Below, piece by piece: positions 54,894-62,851 of a stretch of DNA of 64,000 nt. Positions within the stretch are counted from its first letter, which is position 1, and each line of letters starts with the position of its first letter. The position numbers and the translations under genes are program-made. The DNA comes from Bacteroidales bacterium. GTDB lineage: Bacteria; Bacteroidota; Bacteroidia; Bacteroidales; P3. Under the pieces are notes generated by a model. It was given only the letters and a program-made list of their open reading frames with translations. It did no database searches and was not told the origin of the DNA. The stretch lies in NCBI GenBank assembly GCA_017616895.1, contig JAFZXE010000027.1, forward strand, positions 18,438-82,437. Direction: 5' to 3'.

Positions 54894-56012
54894 TTAGTGG
54901 CTGACTGATTCGATGGCTTCGGGGGTTATGTTGAAGATTCGGTGTTCGACGTTGGGCAGTTCGCTGAAGATTTGTTCTACTCGACCTGGCTGGGTATCGG
55001 TAAGGAAGACCTGGCCGAAACGGTCGCCGCCGACGAGCTTTATAAGTTGCTTGATGCGTGTGAGGTCGAGTTTGTCGAAGATATCGTCGAGCAACAGTAT
55101 GGGTTTCAAACCTGTATGGTCGAGAATATACTGGAACTGAGCGAGTTTGAGGGCCAGCGAGATGGTCTTCTGCTGTCCTTGTGAGGCGAATTTCTTGACG
55201 GACATGCCTGAGAGTGAGATGTCAAGGTCGTCCTTATGCGGTCCGACTGTAGTATATTGGGCGTAACGGTCGGCCGACTGAGCTTCGACCAACAGCTTCG
55301 CAAAATCGGAGTTGTTGATAAGTTGCGACTGATAATCTATCTCTACCGTTTCGCGCAGGTCGGAAATCCAGTTGTAGTAGTCGTTGAATATCGGTATGAA
55401 CGTTTCGAGAAACTTCCGTCGTGTCTCAAAGATGGGCTGACCGAAACGGACAAGCTGCTCGTCCCAGATGTCGATGGCTGGAGCATCCCAGTAACGGTCG
55501 TCGTAGAACTGTTTGAGCAGACGGTTGCGCTGTGCCAGCGCCTTACCGTATTGTATTAGGTTGTCGAGATAGAGCTTGTCGGTCTGCGAGATGACGCCAT
55601 CGAGGAACTTGCGTCGCACGTCGCTGCCGCCGGTGATAAGTCTTTGGTCTGTGGGCGAGACAATTACGAGCGGTATACGCCCTATGTGTTCAGCAAAGGC
55701 TTTGTAGGCTTTCTGCGCGTAACGCATCTGCTTGGGTTGGTTGCGCCGCTGTATGCACGACACCTGAACGGGCTGATTTTCAAGCCCCTCATAGCGTCCG
55801 TGAACGGCGAAGAACTCCTCCCCTTTCCGTATGTTCTGTGTGTCGATTGAGTTGAAGAAACTCTTGCAGAACGAAAGGTAATAGACAGCGTCGAGGAGGT
55901 TGGTCTTCCCCACCCCGTTGTTGCCGACGAGACAGTTGACGCCGGCACAGAAATCGACGTCGGCGTCGGTGTAGGACTTGAAATTGGTTATTTTAAGATT
56001 GGAGAGAAACAA
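54894..56012 (-). CDS. recF: DNA replication and repair protein RecF
   Basis: 372 aa with Walker A GNNGVGKTNLLDA, the ABC signature region FASQGQQKT, and Walker B LLLDDIFDKLD. TTG start. Confidence 0.95.
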   Translation of the reverse strand: MFLSNLKITNFKSYTDADVDFCAGVNCLVGNNGVGKTNLLDAVYYLSFCKSFFNSIDTQNIRKGEEFFAVHGRYEGLENQPVQVSCIQRRNQPKQMRYAQKAYKAFAEHIGRIPLVIVSPTDQRLITGGSDVRRKFLDGVISQTDKLYLDNLIQYGKALAQRNRLLKQFYDDRYWDAPAIDIWDEQLVRFGQPIFETRRKFLETFIPIFNDYYNWISDLRETVEIDYQSQLINNSDFAKLLVEAQSADRYAQYTTVGPHKDDLDISLSGMSVKKFASQGQQKTISLALKLAQFQYILDHTGLKPILLLDDIFDKLDLTRIKQLIKLVGGDRFGQVFLTDTQPGRVEQIFSELPNVEHRIFNITPEAIESVSH

Positions 56013-56085
56013 GGCGAACTGTGATTATTAAAGAGTTAATAGTGAATGGACAGATGTGGTGCGGACCACTACACCTTTATATATA

Positions 56086-56940
56086 TTATATGTGGTTCAA
56101 CTCTTCGGCCACTTTTTCCATCAGCCAGCGTGGTGTGCTGGTGGCACCGGTGACGCCTACGGTGGAGATGCCGTCCAGCCAGGTGCGGTCTATCTGCGTT
56201 ATGTCGGATATGAAACGTGTGTTGGGCTGCACCTGACGGCAGTATTCGAAAAGGTACTTGCCGTTGGAGCTGTTAGCGCCGCTGACGAATATCAGCAACT
56301 CGACCGAGAGGGCAAAATCGCGCAGTTCGGAGGTGCGGTTTGCAACACGACGGCAGACGGTGTCGAACACCTTGAAGTCGTCGGATTTCATCCTTCCGGC
56401 TATTGTGTCGGCGAGAGTGCGATACTGGTCGCGGTTCTGTGTGGTTTGCGAATAGAGTCGCACAGGACGCGAGAAGTCTATTCCAGACAAATCATCGATG
56501 TCGCTGATGATTACGGCGGTGTTGTCGGTTTGGCCGTTGAGGCCGATAACCTCGGCATGGCCGTGTTTGCCGAAAATAATCACTTGCCCCCCTACCCTTT
56601 TCATCTCTTCGTAGCCGCTGCGCACGTTCTTTTGCAAAGCCAGCACTATGGGGCAGGTGGCATCGACAAGTGTGATGTTACGCTGACGGGCTTGCTCATA
56701 GGTCGAAGGCGGCTCGCCGTGGGCGCGGATAAGCACCTTGGTGTCGGAGAGTGTGCGGAAGCGCTCGTGGTCAATGACTTCCAGCCCCATGTCGGTGAGG
56801 CGAGACACCTCGGCATTGTTGTGCACCAAGTCGCCAAGGCAAAGCAGCGGACTGCGTTTTGCCAACTCCTCCTCTGCTTTACTGATGGCTTTGACCACGC
56901 CGAAGCAGAAGCCCGCGTTGCTGTCAACCACTACGTTCAT
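56086..56940 (-). CDS. ispH: 4-hydroxy-3-methylbut-2-enyl diphosphate reductase
   Basis: I chose the ATG at 56940 (MNVVVDSNAGFCFGV). It has the three conserved Cys contexts (GFCFGV, DATCPIV, NSSN region). The start overlaps the upstream stop (ATGA). Confidence 0.92.
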   Translation of the reverse strand: MNVVVDSNAGFCFGVVKAISKAEEELAKRSPLLCLGDLVHNNAEVSRLTDMGLEVIDHERFRTLSDTKVLIRAHGEPPSTYEQARQRNITLVDATCPIVLALQKNVRSGYEEMKRVGGQVIIFGKHGHAEVIGLNGQTDNTAVIISDIDDLSGIDFSRPVRLYSQTTQNRDQYRTLADTIAGRMKSDDFKVFDTVCRRVANRTSELRDFALSVELLIFVSGANSSNGKYLFEYCRQVQPNTRFISDITQIDRTWLDGISTVGVTGATSTPRWLMEKVAEELNHI

Positions 56941-57908
56941 GACAGGCACTGGTTTTCCTGGCTGGCGGCTTCGAGTATTTCCTCGAACTCGCCCGGCGTC
57001 AGGTCGTTGAAGAAATAATAAACAGGGTTTACGTGCTTGCCGTTGAGGATGACCTCGTAGTGGAGGTGCGGTCCCGATGCAAGGCCTGTGCTGCCAACCC
57101 AACCGATTACTTCGCCGCGCTTGACTTTCTGACCCACGCGAGCTCTCACTTCACTCAGGTGGGCGTAAAGGGTCTGGTAGCCGAAGCCGTGGTTTATGAC
57201 ACATATCACACCATATCCGCCTCGGTTTTGTGCGTTGCGGCCCGCTTCGGTCACAGTGCCGTCGGCGGTGGCGTAGATGGGAGTGCCGGTTTTTGCGGTC
57301 AGGTCAACACCTGTGTGGGGACGGCTGTAGCGCAGCACCGGGTGGTAGCGCATGCCGAAACCCGACACCAGCTGGCAATGGCCTTTGGCAATGGGCATGA
57401 TGGCTGGCATGGCTATGAGACGCTCCTTCTGGGTGCGGGCCAGCTTATAAACTTTGTCGTAAGAGAGCGACTGCTCGTAAAGGCGACCCTCCAACGCACA
57501 GATACGTTCGTTGGTGAACTCCAGCTGGTCCTTGCTGCTGAAGCTGCGTACCGAGTCCCAAGTGCGGCCATACTCTTGATGCGATGTCGAGTGAATCGGA
57601 TTCACCTCGAAGATGGTGCGGTAGATGTTGTCGTCGCGGCTTTCGAGGTCTTTCAGCACCTCCTCGGCGCGATTCATCTTGGCATTGAGCTGCCGCATGT
57701 CGCGCTTGTAGCTGGCCAGCTCGCGTTTCATCATCTTCTCCTTTGGCGAGTCGATGAAGTGGAACGCCAGGAATGTGAACAGCACACCGATTACCAAGCC
57801 GAACGCGACTGTGAAGGATATCTTCTTCAGGCGTTCACGCACGGTCACCACCACACGCTCGTAGGAGAGCGTGTGAGGATTGAACCGGTATGAATGTTTC
57901 TTGGCCAA
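56937..57908 (-). CDS. M23-family peptidoglycan metalloendopeptidase
   Basis: N-terminal TM helix, a coiled-coil segment, and LytM motifs HTGVDL and GSTGLASGPHLHYEV. TTG start. Confidence 0.85.
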   Translation of the reverse strand: MAKKHSYRFNPHTLSYERVVVTVRERLKKISFTVAFGLVIGVLFTFLAFHFIDSPKEKMMKRELASYKRDMRQLNAKMNRAEEVLKDLESRDDNIYRTIFEVNPIHSTSHQEYGRTWDSVRSFSSKDQLEFTNERICALEGRLYEQSLSYDKVYKLARTQKERLIAMPAIMPIAKGHCQLVSGFGMRYHPVLRYSRPHTGVDLTAKTGTPIYATADGTVTEAGRNAQNRGGYGVICVINHGFGYQTLYAHLSEVRARVGQKVKRGEVIGWVGSTGLASGPHLHYEVILNGKHVNPVYYFFNDLTPGEFEEILEAASQENQCLS

Positions 57909-57914
57909 GGGAGG

Positions 57915-57977
57915 GATTGAAAAGTTGTAATTGCGTTATTGCGTAATTGTGTTATTGCGTTAGTTGCCGACTGCTTT
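57915..57977. repeat. word array (ATTGCGTTATTGCGTAATTGTG family)
   Basis: Fills the lpdA-M23 spacer and contains the 25-mer shared with 54781-54805. Confidence 0.9.
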
Positions 57978-57999
57978 ATTGCCCTGTGCGGGCACGCAC
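57978..57999 (-). repeat. 22-nt element containing the stop-proximal palindrome (minus-strand sense GTGCGTGCCCGCACAGGGCAAT)
   Basis: Abuts the lpdA stop codon (58000-58002). An exact 22-nt copy lies inside lpdA at 59176-59197. Confidence 0.9.
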
Positions 58000-59400
58000 T
58001 TAACCGTGTATCGCTTTGCCGTAGGCGGCTTCGATGGCTTCCATCACGGCTTCGCTCATCGTGGGGTGCGGATGCACGGCGTGGGCAATCTGCTTTGCGG
58101 TGAGACCGTTTTCGCGGGCGGTCACTATCTCGGCGATCATCTCGGTCACGTTGTCGCCACACATGTGGCATCCCAGCAGCTTGTCGGTGGCTTTGTCGAT
58201 GACCACTTTCACAAATCCGTCGGTGTTGCCGGCGGCGGTGGCTTTGCCGCTGGCTTTGAAGAAGAATTTTCCGACGAGGATGTCCATTCCAGCCTCGCGG
58301 GCTTTCTTCTCCGAGAGGCCCACGCTTGCAACTTCGGGTGTCGTGTAGGTACAGCCGGGAATGTTGTCGTACGACACCTTATGTGGGTCGCCACCACAGA
58401 GTTTCTCAACGCAGCAGATGGCTTCGGCACTCGCCACATGGGCCAAAGCAGGACCGTGCACCACATCGCCGATGGCGTAGTAGCCCTCGACATTGGTCTT
58501 GTAGTAGTCGTCAACGATTATTTTTCCGCGTTCGAAAGCTATGCCCGTCTCTTCGAGGCCTATGCCTTCGAGGTTGGTCACCACGCCCACGGCCGACAGC
58601 ACCACGTCGCAATCAATGACCGTCTCGGTGCCTTTCTTCTGGTCTTTTACCGTCACATGGCACACATTGCCGTCGATATCGACCTTATCGACACTCGACG
58701 ACACCATCACCTTCATGCCCATCTTGCGGAACGAGCGGCTTATCTGCGCCGCCGTGTCCTCGTCCTCGTTGGGAAGAATCTGCGGCATGAACTCGACCAG
58801 GGTCACCTGCACGCCTATCGACTGGTAGAAGAATGCGAACTCGCTACCGATGGCACCGCTGCCGCACACGAGCATCGACTTGGGTTTCTGAGGGAGCGTC
58901 ATGGCCTCGCGGTAGCCGATGATGTGCTTGCCGTCCTGCGGCATGGCGGGCATCACCTTGCTGCGCGCGCCAGTGGCTATGATGATATGGTTGGCCTCGT
59001 AGATGGTCTCCGAGCCGTCGGCGGTCTTGACGGCCACTTTCTTGCCAGGCATCACGCGGGCGGTGCCGTTGATTACCTCCACGCCGTTCTTGTTGAGCAA
59101 GAACTGCACGCCCTTGCTCATCGTGGCGGCCACTCCCCTACTCCGCTCTACCATGGCGGCCAGGTCGGCCTCCAAATTGCCCTGTGCGGGCACGCACCCG
59201 TAGGCGGCAGAATGGTTGATATAGTTGAACACCTGAGCGCTCTTGAGCAGCGCCTTGGTGGGGATGCAGCCCCAGTTGAGACAGATGCCTCCGAGGTTCT
59301 CGCGCTCGACGACGGCGGTTTTCAGGCCCATCTGGGCTCCTTTGACGGCGGCCACATAGCCTCCCGGCCCGCTGCCTATGACAATCAAATCGTAGTTCAT
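58000..59400 (-). CDS. lpdA: dihydrolipoyl dehydrogenase
   Basis: 466 aa with FAD motif GSGPGGY, redox-active disulfide GGICLNWGCIPTK, NAD motif GSGAIGSEFA, and the C-terminal HPHPTMSE interface motif. Confidence 0.92.
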   Translation of the reverse strand: MNYDLIVIGSGPGGYVAAVKGAQMGLKTAVVERENLGGICLNWGCIPTKALLKSAQVFNYINHSAAYGCVPAQGNLEADLAAMVERSRGVAATMSKGVQFLLNKNGVEVINGTARVMPGKKVAVKTADGSETIYEANHIIIATGARSKVMPAMPQDGKHIIGYREAMTLPQKPKSMLVCGSGAIGSEFAFFYQSIGVQVTLVEFMPQILPNEDEDTAAQISRSFRKMGMKVMVSSSVDKVDIDGNVCHVTVKDQKKGTETVIDCDVVLSAVGVVTNLEGIGLEETGIAFERGKIIVDDYYKTNVEGYYAIGDVVHGPALAHVASAEAICCVEKLCGGDPHKVSYDNIPGCTYTTPEVASVGLSEKKAREAGMDILVGKFFFKASGKATAAGNTDGFVKVVIDKATDKLLGCHMCGDNVTEMIAEIVTARENGLTAKQIAHAVHPHPTMSEAVMEAIEAAYGKAIHG

Positions 59401-59441
59401 GGTTATTATTTTTGAATACTTTTATATTACAAACGAGTTGC

Positions 59442-59449
59442 AAAAGTAC
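59442..59449 (-). promoter_or_regulatory. Bacteroidota -7 box (TACTTTTG on minus strand)
   Basis: The plus strand reads CAAAAGTA, 42 nt upstream of the lpdA ATG. Confidence 0.55.
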
Positions 59450-59679
59450 GAAAAAAACAAAAAATATACCCTATCGCCACAAACATCCGCAATCTAACAT
59501 GGGAAATGGAAACAAGACGAAGCCATTAACGAATTAGAAAACGAAATAATTTGAATGCAGAACTAATTGTAAATGAGGCAATCTCATAATATATTAAAAA
59601 AAACGCATGCAGGAGATAAAACATCATTGAGATGGGACCTTCGGCGGCAATAAGATTCGGGTTATGGCGTTTTTATTGT

Positions 59680-60477
59680 ATGAAACGGCTGTTTCTTATC
59701 TGCGCCGTGATTGTGGCCTTCGGATCGGCACATGCACAAGTGAAGGGCGGGGTTGACTCCATCTGGGTCAGCCATGTCGCGATGCCGGGTAGTATTTTTA
59801 CCTGCAGTTACTCTAACGGCACACTTACGATGGAGGGACAAAACGGAGATGGTGAAGATCGGACCATCAAGCTCGACGACAGCTGCGCAAGGCGTTTCGT
59901 CGAGTTGGCGAAACCAGCGTTCTTAGACGCAAGCCCCGTTGCAAAAGAACTTGACTATTATGCAACCGACGAGCTATTGATTCAAATCAGATGTATCCGC
60001 AAACACAAGCTTGTCTATAAAACCGAATTCTATTACGGCTCGCACGTAGGGACTCCGGCGTTCAACGCATTTGTGGAATGGCTGGGGAATACGTTTGTCC
60101 GCAACACGTTCATTGTCAAGGCCGACGAGCTGGAAATCAAATCACGCAGCTGGATTGCATGCCCTGATATTGTCGAAGCACCCGACGACGTGCCGACAAA
60201 AGTGAGCCGCATCGTAGAAAACATAGACAGCCACAGTTTGAGCGTGACCCTCATGCTCAAAGACTCGTCGGACAATCCAGTTCCGCATCCAGTGGCCTAC
60301 GAGCTGCGCCGCGAAGGCGACGTGTTTGTGAAAGACCGCGAGCTGGCAAAGGGTGACAAATCAGGCAAGGTGACTTTCATCTACAGTTACGGGAGCGTAG
60401 AATATGTAGCGGTTCACGCCCCGGGCTATGAAACCAAAGTCCTGAGCTTTGAGCACCCGCTGATTGACAGCGAGTAA
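59680..60477 (+). CDS. hypothetical secreted protein
   Basis: I chose the ATG at 59680, which gives the signal peptide MKRLFLICAVIVAFGSAHA. No recognisable domain. Confidence 0.45.
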   Translation: MKRLFLICAVIVAFGSAHAQVKGGVDSIWVSHVAMPGSIFTCSYSNGTLTMEGQNGDGEDRTIKLDDSCARRFVELAKPAFLDASPVAKELDYYATDELLIQIRCIRKHKLVYKTEFYYGSHVGTPAFNAFVEWLGNTFVRNTFIVKADELEIKSRSWIACPDIVEAPDDVPTKVSRIVENIDSHSLSVTLMLKDSSDNPVPHPVAYELRREGDVFVKDRELAKGDKSGKVTFIYSYGSVEYVAVHAPGYETKVLSFEHPLIDSE

Positions 60478-60550
60478 CGCATCTGACACATTTATTTTCA
60501 ATAAAAGGCAATCTCCAATATGTCGGGCTTGCCTTGGGGGTTTTCACTAT

Positions 60551-62851
60551 TTAGTGTTCGAGAGTCCACTGTCCGGCTTGTAAAGTTTGCTCTTTGTTGG
60601 TGCCGGGGAATATGGTGGCGGTGGTGCCTTCGGGGATGGATATAGTGAAGGTGTGAAGGTGTGGAGGTGTGAAGGTGTTAGCGCTAACATTCTCTACACC
60701 AGAATGTTCCTCGTAAGGCTCGCTAACTTTGTTATACTTGATTTCGACTTTTATGTCGCCATAGAGGGTTGGTTTCGAGGCTTTCACCCATTCTATGCCT
60801 TCGCAGGGCTGCGGGTCGATGTAGAAATGCTTGTAACCAGGATGTTGGGGATCTGGACGGATGCCGGCCAACGCCTGGTAGAACCAGATGCCGATTCCGT
60901 TGTAGCAGTTGTGCACACGGCTGCGGTCCTCCTTGCCTTCACGTCCACAGTCCCATGACTCCCAGGTTGTTGTGGCACCGTTGTTTATCATATATAGATA
61001 ACCTGGGTAATCGGGTTGGCGTAAGATGGTGGCCATCAGATCGGTCTGCCGCTCTTGGATGCACCACTCGGTGAAGATTGGCACCCCCATGAGCCCTCCT
61101 GCAATATGGTCGCGGTATTTATCGTGACAGTCTTTGAGTAGCTGATCTTTGACAGCCTTTGCGATGACACTGTCGGGAGGGATTCCCATAAGTAATGCGT
61201 AGGCTTGGTCGAGAGGTGTACCGTTGGCGTAGGTGTGACTCTCGGGGTGGTAGAAGTGGCGGTGGATGGATGACTTGAGATGTTGTTGCCACTCGGCATA
61301 TCGAATAGAATCAGCTGGGTGCCCTGTGATATGAGCCATCTGAATCATATTCCCCAGACATTCAGCGATAAAACAACTGTTCACATGCAGCACCGACTCC
61401 CCTCCTATGTCAACCCCTTCGGGAGCCAACCAGTCACCGAGAAACCATGAGTGCCGCTCGTTGTCGGGCCAAGGTTGGAGGATATAATCCTCGCAATTCC
61501 TCTCGATGAACTCCAGCCAACGCTTCATTTTGATATATTGCTCGCCGAAAATGATGAATTCACCGTAATTGAGGTAAGTGCGCCATGGGGCTTTGATAAT
61601 GAAGCCGCTCCAGTAGGGTCCTCCGCCCGTGCGGAAGGCAGGCGCCACGTAGGGCAACTCGCCGTCGGGCTCCATGGCATCACACCACGCCCACAGCCAG
61701 TCCTCGTAGGTGTCGCTTACGTCCCAGATGGTTTGAAGCGTCATTGTTGACGAGTTGCCGTCGCCACCGTAACCCATGCGCTCCAGGTGCGGGCAATCGA
61801 CCATATAGCCGCTGAATGTCAAGCATCCGAGAGTGTATTTCACCATGTCGTGGATGGCGTTGAGACGAGGGTCGGAACACTCGAAAGTGGCACCTTCCTT
61901 GGGGTTCACGGCACTGATCTGCAGGGCTCGGGCGTTCAGAACGTCGGCGCCTTTGATGCGTACATATCGGAAGGCGTGAGTATGGAAACGGTTGGAGAAA
62001 TGCTCGATGACACTGTTGTTGGCTATGTAAATATCCGTCTCGGTATGAGGAGGTTTGGCATCTTTGTGGTCGAGGTATTCCATAGTTACCTCATGGCCTT
62101 CCGGCACAGTTGAAAAGTCCGCTTGAAACCAACCTGTAGTCACTTTGCCAAAATCAATCATTATGGCGTTGTCGGGCTGTGTTGAAACACTAGATGGTGC
62201 CAACGTATCGACAATTCGATTGCCTTTGAATACCTGCTGGATGGTATGCAATTTTATCATCCTGAATCCTGGAACCGTGCTTTCCTCTGTTCCAAAAATC
62301 TTGTCAAGTGGCAATCTTTTCGCGGGTTTCCATACGGGTTTTACCCTGGAGTCAAATTGCTCACCCCCAAATTGCAATGGTTGCCAGCTGCCAGTGTAGC
62401 TGTAGCCCATCGGCGAAGCCTCCCACGTAGTGTCCGTTTCTGCAACTGGCATTATGAAATCCAACAAAGCTTCGGCTTGCACGCCCGCCGGCGTTCCATA
62501 AATTCGCCCCCAACCTTGTCCAACACATATCAACAGCTCGTTCTCACCTTCTTTCAGAGTCCCCCTCGTTTCGTAACACACCATCATTGCGCTCTTATTC
62601 AGCTGCGATACTGCGGGTTGCATTACATGATCACCGACTTTTTGTCCGTTGACATACACCTCATGGTAGCCTAGCGAGGTAACATTCAAAATCAATCTGC
62701 CATAGGCAAGTTCCTTTTTTGTCAGAGTAAACTTCTTTCTCACCATTGCCGTCTCCGCCCAGCCGTCGCCTTCACGGCAGCCAATAAACTGCTGTGCTTC
62801 AACGGAAATGGCAGCGAGCAGCAACCATGATATGACGATGAGTTTTTTCAT
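60551..62851 (-). CDS. GH78-like alpha-L-rhamnosidase-family six-hairpin glycosidase
   Basis: 766 aa with a signal peptide, a rhamnosidase-N-like domain, and catalytic-domain motif MVDCPHLERMGYGGDGN (GH78 pattern DCPxRERxGWxGD). Confidence 0.7.
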   Translation of the reverse strand: MKKLIVISWLLLAAISVEAQQFIGCREGDGWAETAMVRKKFTLTKKELAYGRLILNVTSLGYHEVYVNGQKVGDHVMQPAVSQLNKSAMMVCYETRGTLKEGENELLICVGQGWGRIYGTPAGVQAEALLDFIMPVAETDTTWEASPMGYSYTGSWQPLQFGGEQFDSRVKPVWKPAKRLPLDKIFGTEESTVPGFRMIKLHTIQQVFKGNRIVDTLAPSSVSTQPDNAIMIDFGKVTTGWFQADFSTVPEGHEVTMEYLDHKDAKPPHTETDIYIANNSVIEHFSNRFHTHAFRYVRIKGADVLNARALQISAVNPKEGATFECSDPRLNAIHDMVKYTLGCLTFSGYMVDCPHLERMGYGGDGNSSTMTLQTIWDVSDTYEDWLWAWCDAMEPDGELPYVAPAFRTGGGPYWSGFIIKAPWRTYLNYGEFIIFGEQYIKMKRWLEFIERNCEDYILQPWPDNERHSWFLGDWLAPEGVDIGGESVLHVNSCFIAECLGNMIQMAHITGHPADSIRYAEWQQHLKSSIHRHFYHPESHTYANGTPLDQAYALLMGIPPDSVIAKAVKDQLLKDCHDKYRDHIAGGLMGVPIFTEWCIQERQTDLMATILRQPDYPGYLYMINNGATTTWESWDCGREGKEDRSRVHNCYNGIGIWFYQALAGIRPDPQHPGYKHFYIDPQPCEGIEWVKASKPTLYGDIKVEIKYNKVSEPYEEHSGVENVSANTFTPPHLHTFTISIPEGTTATIFPGTNKEQTLQAGQWTLEH
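60645..60678. repeat. 8-bp tandem repeat GTGAAGGT x4 inside the CDS
   Basis: GTGAAGGT GTGAAGGT GTGGAGGT GTGAAGGT encodes TFTPPHLHTFT on the minus strand. It is followed by the palindrome GTTAGCGCTAAC (60677-60688) and a 7-bp hairpin (60687-60707). Confidence 0.9.
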
